Source: Octopus vulgaris (lineage: Eukaryota). From it: a stretch of DNA of 64,000 bases. Where the stretch lies: NCBI GenBank assembly GCA_951406725.2, contig OX597822.1:77996001-78060000 (forward strand). The letters run 5' to 3'. The translations under genes and the position numbers were made by a program. The notes under the pieces were generated by a model. It had not been told where the DNA came from. It saw nothing but the letters and a program-made list of their open reading frames with translations, and did no database searches. The stretch's first letter is position 1. Each line of letters starts with the position of its first letter. Shown here one piece after another: positions 14,628 to 28,921 of this stretch.

Positions 14628-15287
14628 GGTTGTAACGCCTTTTATCTAAGGTAATTCATACGAAAAATAAAAGGTATGAATTACCTTTTATCTAAGGTAA
14701 TTCATATGATCACTCGACGAACCAGTGAAAGAGGTCTACACGTTGCTCAACACGCGTGAAATAACAACCAAAGGCCTCTGAGACATGTACTATCGGCTTT
14801 AGTAAAAAGAGACGTCAGATCAGTGGTTCTCAAGTGGAGTCTTATTTGATGTTCAAATTTATTGGCAATGAATTAGTTAAACTACAACAGTACACAAGAT
14901 ATTGTAATATATATATATTATATAGAGGGCATTGTTACACATAAATGCCTCACACTAGAGGGACATAAGTCATTACTACCAAAATTTCACTAATCATACC
15001 CAATGCAGTTTTTTAAAGCAAGACATTTAAAAAATGAATTTAGTCCTATATCACCTGTGATTTCGCACTTACCGCATAAAATGCGTCTATGCTCATCGGT
15101 AGAACTGATTCTGAACACATCATAAATAAACGACCAACACTACCTGGCGAAGTCGAACAGGCAACTGCTCTCTCCGGTGAAGCACATGGAGATGTTTATA
15201 AATCATATATTCGGTAAATGGCGGGCTTTTTCGAACTGCATTTCGGGTAGGAAAAGTTTTTTCGGAATATATATATATATATATATA

Positions 15288-15561
15288 TGGCCCAGTGGTT
15301 AGGGCAGCGGACTCGCGGTCATAGGATCGCGGTTTCTATTCCCAGACCGGGCGTTATGAGTGTTTATTGAGCGAAAACACCTAAAGCTTCACAAGGCTCC
15401 ATCAGGGGGTGGGAGTGGCAATCCCTGCTGTACTCTTTCGCCACACCTTTCTCTCACTCTTTCTTCTGTTGTCCTTCTCGCTTAGCCAGCGGGGTGGCGT
15501 CATTTGAAGGCTAAACCAATGCAAAGAGCATTGTGACCAGCGATGTGTAGCAACATCTGAT
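15288..15561 (+). mobile_element. tRNA-derived SINE family C, tail type 1
   Basis: tggcccagtggttagggcagcggactcgcggtc...ggtttctattccc (A/B boxes). Tail shared with 51838-52132. Sits between (TA)n tracts. Confidence 0.85.
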
Positions 15562-15804
15562 ATATATATATTTATTTATTTATATATAATTCAGCGTTTG
15601 CTAAATTTTTCTTGAGAACATTCCTTTCCTAGTGGTAAGACCATAGCGGATCTTCTAGCATAATGGATATTTACTTACAAGTCATCCCTTTTATATGTAT
15701 GTAATACAATTTTTTATGAAACATCAGATTTTTCGATATGGTAGATCACTGGTTTTAAATTGATATTAATGAAATTAATATTCAATTTTTCACCCTTATT
15801 ATTT

Positions 15805-16342
<538 letters not shown>

Positions 16343-16361
16343 CAAGTAACAAAATAAAAGA

Positions 16362-16420
<59 letters not shown>

Positions 16421-16581
16421 TGTGTGTGCGCGTGTGTGCTGTGAATGGCTATGGAAGTACAGTAAAGTACAATAAGCAAGGAAGAAAAGCTAAGTTCACC
16501 TCGCTGGAATTTGAGCTCTGAATATAAAACTGAGAAAAATGTCGCCTGAATCTAAATATAAATTATATATTACAGTTGAAA

Positions 16582-16895
16582 GAGCAGCAAGCTAGCAGAA
16601 TCGTTACCATTCCAGAAAAATTTAGATCTGACACAAGGCCAGCGATTTCGAGGAAGTGAGTATTACACCGCCCTCAGTAAGGTGAACATTGATTTCTTCC
16701 GTCTTTGCGGTCCAACTCAAATGTGCTGAGGTCGAATCTACCATTCATCGTTTCGGCGTCGATAAAATAAGCACCAGCTGAACACTGAGGTCGGTGTAAT
16801 CGACCTCACTGTTCAGCTCAATGTTCACCTTACTGAGGGCGGTGTAATACCGACTTCCTCGAAATCGCTGGCCTTGTGTCAGATCTAAAACCAGT
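16582..16895 (+). mobile_element. Degenerate SINE A carrying an inverted duplication of its own 3' end
   Basis: A-type head and core; 16621-16692 is the reverse complement of 16818-16890. Confidence 0.7.
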
Positions 16896-17416
16896 ATATT
16901 AAATTTCATGCTATTTTATCGTTTTATATATTTTTTTTAACTTTTAGACATTCCAGCTGAACAAACTGAAACTGACCGTCGTAACGCGAGATCCGTATGT
17001 TCACCAGTAACGTAAAACCGACCTTTAAACGTCATAATTTTTACCTCAGAAAAAAACCTGATTCCCACAACCATATCAACCCAAACGTAGAAAATAATTT
17101 GACATTTCCAAGTTTCAGACTGAGCAAAGGATGTTGTTTTATCAGAAATTTCTCCCCCAGTTATGACAAACTTAATTTCTAAGTTTCTCACAATTTGCTT
17201 TTATTAATAAATATCGACAATTTGAAACTTCATCTGGGTTAATTTACTAATCAATGGTCTCCAGAGGAAATATCGGCAAGACGCTGTAAGCAAGGAATCA
17301 TAGCAGTGTTTTTCCCGCTGTCTTTTCTAAAGTAGACATGCAACCAATGAACGCTCAGCATCAAATATACCACCTAATCTACTAATATAATTGGCAATAT
17401 GTCTCCTTCTTTCCGT

Positions 17417-17469
<53 letters not shown>

Positions 17470-17994
17470 TCGCTTTCAATCTCTTTGTGCGTGTGTGTTT
17501 AGCCTTCCCGCTCATGTGTACATCAGAAGCAGTTAACTACTTTAATAATCTCTCTATTTCAGTTTATTCTTAAAATACTGACAGGTTGCTAATTTAACTA
17601 TTTAACTGAATACTGAGTAGAAATGTATTCATTCGGTAAAGATTGTATGTATATGTAAAGATTGTAACTGCACGTATTGTATTATTTATTAGATGATAAA
17701 GGGGGCCATTATTTTATTCAATTAACCCCTTAAAATACAGTGTGCCACCTAAACCTGGATGTTCCAAGTTTACCTATTATTTTGCTGTTTGTTTGACCTA
17801 CTAAATTCCTCTCAAATCATACTATATAGTATCTTAAACAGAAGGGACGGTACCTTTGATGAATGGAATCACTATACTTCGCGGATGGGAATGACGGGAT
17901 TGTTAGAAGCCTTTGAACATAGATCTGCTCCATCAAAACTAACCTGAGCGAAATAACAATAGCAGCTATATGCACAGATATATGAGAGGATATA

Positions 17995-19060
17995 TTTAAA
18001 GATGGGAAACCCAGTATTGAAGATAAACCATTCAATAGGAAAGCAATCGACTGCGACCACCGTCACGAATTGCTTGAGAGTGGACAAACTGATACGCGCA
18101 GACAGACGAATCACAATCTGTGAGATTGTTGTACAACTGAACTGTTGTCTTCTCCTCCTCCTCCTCCTCCTCCTCCTCCCCCTCCCCCTCCTCCTTCTTC
18201 TTCTTCTTCTTCTTCTTCTTCATCTTCTTCTTCTTCTTCTTCTTCTTCTTCTTCTTCTTCTTCTTCTTCTTCTTCTTTTTCTTCTTCTTCCAATCAACCC
18301 TCACGCCATTAGCCACAAAGAATAATCTCTAATTCGAGCCTACTCTAAACTACTAAGAATGCGTGTGGCTACTTGAAGATCCACCCACCACACGCGATAG
18401 ACTGGCGGTTGCACGGGCGCGAAAGCTACGTTGTTATCCTCATTCCGTAAACGGTGGCTTTTAACGGGTGGAGAGCTGAACCATCCTGGGGTACAGAGGA
18501 TTCGCAATCTGAAAGTTTACCACACACCATAGTGGGTTACACCATGGTTCCTCTGCTTTGTGGCAAAAGTAGGAAGAAAAAGTGAGAGAAAGTTGAGGTG
18601 AAAGAGTACAGCTGGGTTCGTGGAGCTTAGGTGTTTTTGCTCAATAAACACTCACAATGCCTGGTCTGGGAATCGAAACCGCGTTCTTAAGACCTTGAGT
18701 CCGCTGCCCTAACCACCATTGCGCCTCCACTACTGAACTGCTGTCACAATGCATTGCGGAAGATGGTGGAAGACTTTGGTTATCGGAAGGAGAGAAGGTG
18801 CGAAGGTGAGAAGGGTAGAAATTTGCTCTGATTTTCTTGGCGTCTCTAAAGCTAATAAAGACACATTATTCCCCGATTTGGTGACAGGGGGATTTTTATG
18901 ATACCTGGTTTTCAATGCGTAAGAAATTCAAGAGTCAGCAATCGACATAGAAAGACATGGTAACTGTTTGTGGGGTAACACATCTTGATTTTCTGCAACG
19001 TGGTTGTACCGTAAACAGCATGTAATATAAAATTTTACTGTAATATATAATTTATTGAAA
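17995..19060 (+). mobile_element. Mariner transposase pseudogene split by a SINE insertion
   Basis: FKDGKPSIEDK...VDKLIRADRRITICEIVVQLNC, resuming at 18732 as LNCCHNALRKMVEDFGYRK...LVTG...KFKSQQS...DFLQRGCTVNS. Confidence 0.8.
18150..18730 (-). mobile_element. SINE family C, tail type 2 ending in (GAA/GGA)n
   Basis: C head at 18730 and 14-bp TSD actgaactg[t/c]tgtc (18136-18149, 18732-18745). Confidence 0.85.
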
Positions 19061-19242
19061 CGCTCAAAATGGTTGGAGTTAAGAGGAAATAAATCGGATT
19101 TGGTACTTACATATCTAGTGTCCTACCAGCACCTGATACCTTAACGATCGGTTTACCTCATTATGAACCCCATGTTATGGTACCTAGCCGTTTCTGGTGC
19201 CCTACGTGTTGATGTGCCTAGATTCTATTGAATCCTATAACT

Positions 19243-19598
19243 TAGTGGTTCTCATCTGGGGTCTATATGGTTCCTGAGGGTCCATTTACGATTTTGGAGG
19301 GTCTTCGCAACAAAATAGTAAATTGGGGGTCCACAATAGTATTTCAAGGGCCCCTGGATAAATTTTGTTTTAGATGTATGTATTGATTATGTATTGCAAG
19401 AAACAGCTGGGTTTCTTTCTCTAACATTTTACATAGTTCAATCTACACGAGTTTAATGTAGGAAAAACAATATAGGAATTTGAAAGAATTTTCCATAAAA
19501 CTAGTTTTCAAGCATCGAATGGCTATGGCGGTCCATCAGAATCAAAATAGTACTCAAAGGGGTCCATAGATAAAAAAAAAAATGGATGAGAACCCTTG
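19243..19598. mobile_element. hAT (Charlie-like) MITE
   Basis: Termini tagtggttctcatc / gatgagaacccttg resemble cagtggttctcaa-type TIRs; repeated ggggtcca subterminal motifs. A related end lies at 14821. Confidence 0.65.
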
Positions 19599-19620
19599 CT
19601 GTCGCTGATATATGTATATG

Positions 19621-19664
<44 letters not shown>

Positions 19665-20045
19665 TGTGTGTGTGTGTGTGTATATACACACGCGCGTGCA
19701 GAGAGAGAGAGAGAGAAAGAGAGAGAAAAGAGGGAGAGAGAGAAAGAGAGGGCGAGAGAGAGTGAAAGAGATAGAGAACGTGCACACAAAATACAAAAGA
19801 CAAACGTAGAGACAGAGATGTGACATAAATAGGCACGGTTGCAGGATTGTTGTGTGGGACATATTAGTACTGAACTTTAGAGAGAGAAAGAGACAGACAG
19901 AGAGACAGAGACAGAGAAAGAGAGAGAGAGAAAGAATTAGGACAGCACATGTCTACATAGTTGCCTACATCCATACACATGACAGTCACAAGATGACAGC
20001 AGCGGTTTATGATAGGAAAGTAGAGCAGGGTATGATGTTTCTGAC

Positions 20046-20087
<42 letters not shown>

Positions 20088-20315
20088 AAGAATAATGGTG
20101 ATGATGATGGTAACGAGGGGTAGAAGGCAGAAGGAGGGGGGAAGGAGCGGGAAGATGAGTAAGAGGAAGGGGCTGACATCGACAATGGAAAAAAATGGTA
20201 ATAAATATATCTGCTTTACATTTCGGTCGAACTATTTCATTCCATCTACTTCACACATATTATATTGTCATATTCTTATCCTCCCACACAACATACATAC
20301 ATACATACGTACATG

Positions 20316-20371
<56 letters not shown>

Positions 20372-20464
20372 TACATACATACATACATACATACATACAT
20401 ACATACATACATACATACATACATACACACACATAGTCATACATAAATACATACATATATATGC

Positions 20465-20520
<56 letters not shown>

Positions 20521-20559
20521 GTATGTGTGTATGATAAGCTACTGCGTAAATGCTTCGTA

Positions 20560-21366
<807 letters not shown>

Positions 21367-21406
21367 CTTCCACAGAAAGTAATGCCATCATACTAATCAA
21401 TAAACT

Positions 21407-21683
21407 GGTACTCCGTCGGTTACGACGAAGAGGGTTTTCAGTTGATTCGATCAGCGAAACAGCCTGTTCGTGAAATTAAAGATCCAGAAAGATCTAGGGT
21501 GGCACAGAGTGTGATAAGGCTGGCTCCTTTCAAATATAGGTACAGTTCATTTTTGCCAGCTCAGCAGACTGGAGCAACATGAAATAAAATGTCTTGCTCA
21601 AGGACACAATGCCCCGCCGGTAATCGAACTCATGACCTGACGATCTTAAACCGAATACCTAAACCACTAAGCTACGCACCTTC
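21407..21683 (-). mobile_element. tRNA-derived CORE-like SINE family D
   Basis: Minus-strand head gcttagtggtt...gagttcgattacc, CORE-like gtgtccttgagcaagaca, tail cgtaaccgacggagtacc. Direct repeat actaatcaataa at 21392 and 21692. Confidence 0.85.
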
Positions 21684-22525
21684 ATTACATCACTAATCAA
21701 TAACACTTTGTGTCACATACACAAAGCTGAATTCCAGAATGCGACAATTTGGGTTAAACAATGACAACAAATACACTATAAGCGACCGTTCGTGCTACTA
21801 GAAACACAGACCAAATGTTCCTCAAACAACTCTACTACCGCTTTGTAAAAGGTAAGACATAATCAGCAATGATAAATGGTGGAGGCAATCGTAGTTAGAA
21901 GCCCTTTGATAATAAGTCTACTTGCTCAATCAGAACCACACTCTCCATAGTCAAGCGAGCTGCTCGAAATAGCTGCCAGATCTCTTTCAAATCATATTCC
22001 ACCATCTTCAGAAAAGCAAAATAAGTAAGCCATCTTGAGCAATGTTACTGTAGGTACTCTTAAAGATAAGATAACCCAGCTAGAAAGACAGTGGTCATGA
22101 GAGCTAACAGAAGGTTAAGTAATTATTAAATTGTGATATATTAAAATACGTCCACATTAACAATGCAATAATACCAGGAATGCAAACAGCTTGTTCTTCA
22201 CAAAAATTTTAGGAGAATATGAAGTTTGAATGAAATTTGGCTGCATTTTCTTGCAAATCTAAAGAGCCTTCAAGAAGTGTCTCTCGATGACAGCAATACA
22301 GAAGACGACTGAAGGGCAAAATAAATGCCTAATGTATAAACTATCACGAAGCTGCCCAATTCTATTTGCCACTGGATCTGGAAAAGGGCAAGAGGGTACT
22401 ACGGTGTTGAACTAGGATTAGGCAGGTATGTAGGATATTTAGTTTGCATACACCCTCAACAACAACAACAACTGCACCAATAACTAATATTTTGTGATGG
22501 TTGTCGTAGAGCAAGAAGTATGGTA

Positions 22526-22741
22526 ATTTTCTACTCTAGGCACAAGGCCTGAAATTTTAGGCGAGGGGGGCCAGTCGATTAGATCGACCCCAGTATGCAA
22601 CTGCCACTTAATTTATCGAGCCCCGAAAGGATGAAAAGTAAAGTCGACCTCGGCGGAAATTGAACTCAGAACGTAGCGACGGGCGAAATACCGCTCAGCA
22701 TTTCGCCCGGTGTGTTAGCGTTTCCGCCAGCTCACCGCCGT
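22526..22741 (-). mobile_element. SINE family A monomer
   Basis: Complete reverse copy; TSD aagaagta[t/a]ggt (22513, 22745). Confidence 0.9.
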
Positions 22742-23768
22742 CTTAAGAAGTAAGGTTATGAGATAACAATGTTGTTGCTGTTGTTGTTGTTTTGCCATGA
22801 GTGAACATTAATCGAACGCGAACAGTCATAACGTTTTTTTTGTTTTTTTCTTCTGTTGGGTTGGGTTGGGTACCTAGGACTTTCTTAATTTAATACGACC
22901 TAATAGGGCCGGAGTTTAAGGGTGAATTTGGTTGTTATTTCTAGCCATAAGGGAAAAGTAGGAACCAGCGTAAAAGATTGTGATTGGGGCGATGATTTTG
23001 AACTGCATTGATCATGTATCTGATCAATCGGTGGCTGACTTTGGAGCCTTTGCAACGACAACAATAACAACAACAGCGACAACAAAATAACAACAACAAC
23101 GACAACAACAATAGCGACAACACCAGCAGTGAAACTAACCTGATATCATCCGATGCAGCAGAAAGTTTGTAGCCATTCCCAAAAAGAATCACACAACGCT
23201 TCTAGTATACGGATGCGAGCACCAGTTTGAAATGTTCGGTGTATCCATCACTTTAAACATTATTATCTAGTTTATCGAGTAGCGAGATGAGGTGGATGAG
23301 AGAGAGAGAATGAGAGAGATGAAGCAGGAGAAAAAGAGAGAGAACATAAAGAGAGAGGTGTCTATAATAATTGCGACCCATATCTGGTTTCGTTATACAC
23401 GATTGGGTGAGAATCAGAGCGCAGGAAACCGGGTCGGTTAGACCGACAGAGAAATAGAGAGAGGGAGGAAGAGAGTGAGAAAGAGAAAGAGAAAGAGAGA
23501 GAGAGAGAGATTACAGCAAGAATGAGAGATAGATGAGTTATGAAGATATGAAACGAGGCCTCAATCTAGGTTGTTCACAAGTATCCGTTCTGTCTGTTAT
23601 TTGGAATAACAATATAAGAATTAAGAAACACGTCATGGAGTCATAGATTTTAGATATTTTTGTTTTGTTTTCGTATACGCATACATTCTTTTATAAATAT
23701 ATATATACGTTCATTTATTCGCATATGTATATATACATATACGTATATTCATACATGTGTGTGTGTGT

Positions 23769-23804
<36 letters not shown>

Positions 23805-23944
23805 ATACATATGCTTTTTTTTATATATAATAATCTGCAGAAGTTGCAGCTCTTGAATCACGCCTGCAACTTCTGTCGAGTGTTAACATAAAAAAGAGAC
23901 CCGCATATATAGCCATGTTTTTGAGCTCCAGTGTACATCATAAA

Positions 23945-24036
<92 letters not shown>

Positions 24037-24156
24037 CCCAATAGCACGCAGGTGTCGATAAATGGTTAAATGACCAAATCCAAGTTTCTCTGCTTTATAT
24101 ATATATATATATATATTTATTTATAACATATGCTTTTTATATATAATAATTTGCAG

Positions 24157-24592
24157 ATGGGATTTTGTTCCACCAGGGTTTACAGGACGTCCTCGTCGAG
24201 CTCTACAGATCCTCCAGGACCAGATTCGTCTTCTGGGCTGTAGTTTCCGGCTCGGAATTTCTGGAACCACCGTTGACACTGGCTTACGCTTCTTGTCCGA
24301 TCCCAATATACTACATTAATATTCCTCGAACTTTCCATTGCGCTGCTACTTTTATTGAACTCATAAAGCAAAATATGCCGAATATGCTCCTTTGTCACTT
24401 CCATTATAGCTTTGAAAAAAATAACTTGTTAGAATTGAACTGCACTCTTCAAAACTTGCACTAAGAATAAGTACAAAGTAAAGTTACTACCTGCATTTAT
24501 AGCAAATAGATTCCGATGTCTTATCACGTCCCCCTCCGTCTTTTAGTTCATGCAAGTGAAAAAAGTCACATTTTTTATGAGATGACGCAGTA
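24157..24592 (-). mobile_element. Mos1/SETMAR-type mariner 5' fragment
   Basis: ORF 24180-24404 MEVTKEHIRHILLYEFNK...RNINVVY...QRWFQKFRAGNYS matches the mariner N-terminal HTH. TIR-like end plus TA at about 24590. An inverted copy of the 5' UTR lies at 24837-24941. Confidence 0.85.
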
Positions 24593-24621
24593 TATATATA
24601 TATATATATATATACATACAT

Positions 24622-24652
<31 letters not shown>

Positions 24653-24690
24653 GTAAAATGGAATAATTACAATGAAACATTGTGTAGAAT

Positions 24691-25092
24691 ATATTGTATA
24701 AAGGATTGTGAGTAAGGCCAAAACAATGCGAAGTAAATGCAAGGTAAATGACAAGAAGATAAATATGTGAATTAATGTAGACTTACCTTGTATTCAATAT
24801 TTCGGGGTTATGACCCCATTGTCAAGAAAAATAAACGAGTGTTGCGGTTTTTTCAATTGCGTGGGGGACGGGATAAACTACCTGCATCCATTTGCTATAA
24901 GAGCAGGTAGTAACTTTACTATATCCTTATTCTTAGTGCAACATTAGTTTATTTTCTTGAAAATGGCCTCATAACCTCCGAAATATTGATTAGAAGGTGA
25001 GTCTACATTAATTAATATATTTGTTTTCTCGTGATTTACCTTGCATTTATTTCGCAATGTTTTGGCCTTACCCACAATCCGTTATACAATAT
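24691..25092. repeat. Inverted pair of about 146-bp arms, each with a hammerhead-like motif
   Basis: 24691-24836 and 24947-25092 are diverged reverse complements. Confidence 0.8.
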
Positions 25093-25249
25093 ATATGTGC
25101 ATGTATGTATGTATGTATGTATGTATGTATGTATGTATGTATGTATGTATGTATGTATGTATGTATGTATGTATATATGTATGAATGTATGTATTAATAT
25201 GTATGTATAGAAATGCATGTGTACAAATATATATAGATATAGATATACT

Positions 25250-25293
<44 letters not shown>

Positions 25294-25377
25294 GGTATGT
25301 AGAAAAATACAACATGGACAAGAACGTATAACTCTTAGAAGACGACACAATAAACACGGACAGGACATTCGAAACCC

Positions 25378-25440
25378 TCAGTCTTCAGTCAAGAACCGGA
25401 TCATCGTAGTAATTTCGGCTGATTAATCTTGAGATTACTA
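25378..25440 (-). ncRNA. Candidate non-circularly permuted hammerhead ribozyme
   Basis: UAGUAA-UC-UCAAGA uuaa UCAG-cc-GAAA-UUACUA [12 nt] UCUUGA-CUGAAGA-CUGA. Stem III 7 bp, stem I 6 bp, stem II 4 bp, all Watson-Crick. Confidence 0.65.
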
Positions 25441-25822
25441 GATCACGGCCAGCCCTCCAAGAAAAACTAAGCAACGAGCATTAGAAAAACTAAGCTGGAA
25501 GCGTAGATTTCCTGGAAGAAGGATCGAATGCATACGAACACCAGGACATACGTGAGTATATGTATGTACGCTCGTATACATACGCTATATACAAGATTGT
25601 GTGGGGGAGGGGACGGGTGTGGGAAAGGGGAGGGGTGTGGGTGCGCGTGCGCATGCGTACAGAAGTGCAGCGAATACAATCTCAGATATTATGAACGAAG
25701 GAGGAAGCTGGAAATGTTGACCATCCTGTCTCGACAATAGACGCATCATCAACTCACATAGACCCAGTGACACAGAAGACACCACATATATATTCGTGCG
25801 AGTGAGTGAGCACGTGTGAACG

Positions 25823-25855
<33 letters not shown>

Positions 25856-26475
25856 CTGTGTGTCTGTGTGTATGTGTGTGTGTGCACGTGTGTACACAAA
25901 TGTTACTGCATGAGCACGAAAGAGGAAGGTAGTACTTAGACTACAGTGAAAGTCAAGGAGTGACCAAAATTTCAATTTAAAAATAGAACCTTTTCTAACA
26001 CACACACGCATGCACACACACATACATAGAGTTATAGATATACATATAATTATATGCACATACTCATATCTGCATCTAGTCATTTATACACGCACACACG
26101 CCTACAAACACGTGCGGGCACACACACACACACATCTTTTATTTTCTATTTTGTTTCAGTCATTAGACTGCGGCCATGCTGGGGCACCGCCTTAAGGAAT
26201 TTCAGTCGCTCTTCGACATCTGACTTGTGGAACCTGTTGCACCCATACAGGTAATGTCGATCTGATGGAGGAAGTGAGCTTATTTGTACACAGACATTTG
26301 ATCACTATAAACAAGTCATCTGAGTGGTTGTTTGGTAAGAAATTGTCGAACCCTCATACATTGTCTAACGACGGGAGAGCTCGTCATATATATATAACAC
26401 CTTTTAAGGGGTTGCTCCTGTATAGGCGCACTCAAATGACTGAAACAAGTAAAAGAATATATATATATACATATA

Positions 26476-26672
26476 TCTGTCCGGCATTCGCCATGATAGA
26501 TCTCTGGCCACTACACATTCTTTATTTTTTCTCCTTGTTTCTTTCTGTGTTCTTTTCTGTGGAAGAGCGTAGGCTCGAAATGTTAAAGACTTTTTCACTT
26601 CCCGAGTGTTATACTAATACATCTGTTTGTTTTCTACAACACCTGTCTTCGTCTTTTTTTGTGAATTCTCCC
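26476..26672 (+). mobile_element. Family G copy
   Basis: Homology to 6258-6460; motif at 26553-26588; flanked by (TA)n on both sides. Confidence 0.7.
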
Positions 26673-26724
<52 letters not shown>

Positions 26725-27349
26725 GTACTCTATATAAAAAAGAGAACACAATTCACTAACATAAGTTTATACAAGAACTTAGTAAAACACGACTATTTGC
26801 CGCCAAAACATCTGAGGGATCTTCATGGAGTAGCAAGGGTAGACGCTTTCAAGAAAAAAACCTGACCTCTGATTATCGAAGGTCCTCGGTGAACCTACAT
26901 TACGGCAAGTAACTCAAAAAAGAGCAGCAGTATCGAACTCCCTTTTTCACCAAAGACCAGTCACATAAAATTGGCCATTGAAGAGATGACTACACTAGTG
27001 GTGCTCCAGCATGGCCACAGACTTAGGACTGAAATGTATAAAAGAATAAAAGAATGCAGTCCAACTAATTACACTGAAGGCACACATATATCATACAAAA
27101 GTAGAAATGTAAAATTTATGATCTGATAAGATGATATTTCTTAAAGCTGACTGCATCTACCATAGCAACATGGGAAAAATGATCTCAATGACAAATTGAG
27201 ATACATAGGAGAACCCTTACTTAACACCCCTAAATACAGAAACATAAACAATAATAAGGAATAATTCCCCCATAGAGCATCAACACATCAGAAACAAAGA
27301 GAAGAGAATTGTTTTGACAGTATTAGAATACACTCTCTCATTTTCCCTA

Positions 27350-28620
27350 GATACTACAAAATATTTGACGGAAATTTTATAGCAGCCAACTGTAGTTATT
27401 TAGATAAGAAGTATTCCCTACTGTTGATCTATAAAAAGAAAATAACCTCAAAACACTGCATAGCTATTTCAAATAGAATGTAATTTTAGAAATACGGACA
27501 ACTTCATTCCGAATGGAAAATGTCTGCCGAAAGCACCAGTGTATAGGGGTGAAGCAACGTCAACGGATGTCACGGAAACTGCATTCATCATGTATGCAAA
27601 TTGAATGTTTTAAATTTTTTTCCGAAATAATTTTTGAAAATTTCAATAGATTTGGAATTAAACTTGCTAAAAAAATAGGCATTAAAACTCTGAGGGAACA
27701 AAACGAAACACCACGCCTCATCTCAAAATACTACCGTATATATCAACTAACAATAAGAGAAACAATGAGGCATACAACATTATTGTACAAAATCTACCAA
27801 TGCTCACTAGGGTCCAAAAACGAACAACATCCTGAAAACACATAAGTCCGTTAAGTGTAAAAAGCAATCCCAGTCGCTGAAAAGACGTCTGACAAATGCG
27901 AAGCTTTACCCAACAACTACGAAACCAATGGTTAAAAAATGTGAGCGTCCAAACTGTGGAACATGCTCCAACCTACTGGAAGGTTTGGAATTCCTATTGA
28001 AACAAGGAGAGGAGTTCACAATTAAGACCAACTTCACTTGTGAATCCGAGAATTTAATTTATGTTATAACTTGCTCAGGTTGTGGACATAGGACAGACAA
28101 GTATAGCACTTAGACGGAGAACCACACTACATAAAGAATAGATCCGTTTCCCAAAGTATAGACAAATATTTTGAGTGAACACATAGAGAGATGTACAGGG
28201 AATATCCAACCAAATTTCAGTTTTCCCCATCTAACAGTGCAAAAAAAACAATTTCTGTACAAGAATGTTTAAATAAAGAAAATTTATTTATCGAAAAATA
28301 CAGAACACGCGTGAATATGAACGCATAACCAACTTTAGTCTATATTTTTGATTCATGATCACATATCCATCACTGGACATATTTCATCTCACTACTTTAG
28401 CTTATGAGTTGTGTATGTTTATTTATCCCACTCCAAAAATGAACAATTACCTCTCTTGTTCCGAGTAATAACTATCACTAATTACTTCCCCTTAGATTTT
28501 TCACAAACTTTCATACATGAACATGGACTAAAATTTTCTTAGGAAAATACGAAATTACAATAATTTCAATGTTATGATTACCGAAAGCGAAACCGGTAGA
28601 CAACCACAATACACTTTCAT
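27350..28620 (+). mobile_element. Penelope-like element relic (linker plus GIY-YIG endonuclease)
   Basis: LPYISTNN, KKQSQSLKRRLTNAK, then KKCERPNCGTC...FTIKTNFTCESENLIYVITCSGCG and frameshifted IGQTSIALRRRTTLH. This is the PLE Cys-rich linker plus GIY-YIG signature, with many stops and frameshifts. Confidence 0.85.
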
Positions 28621-28879
28621 TTAATATATGTTAAAACTATGTAAACTGTGTGCATTTTCCTTCTTTTATTATATATATATATATACATAATTGTACATAA
28701 TTATATAACTGTATATACATATATACAATAATTTCTGTATATATACACATATTATATACAGATAGCTTATAATTTATATTCGTATATATATTTATATATT
28801 TATGGAGATACGTATATGTGTAAATATTTATATACATTTATATATATATGCGCGTGTGTGTGCGTGTGTGTACATATGC

Positions 28880-28921
<42 letters not shown>

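Noticed and set aside
15288-15365. tRNA-like sequences at the heads of SINEs A-D
   Set aside because: They lack complete cloverleaves and continue into SINE bodies, so they are not tRNA genes.
17250-17300. QWSPEEISAR resembling the IS30 WSPEQI motif
   Set aside because: It is an isolated short match with no surrounding transposase similarity in a eukaryotic context.
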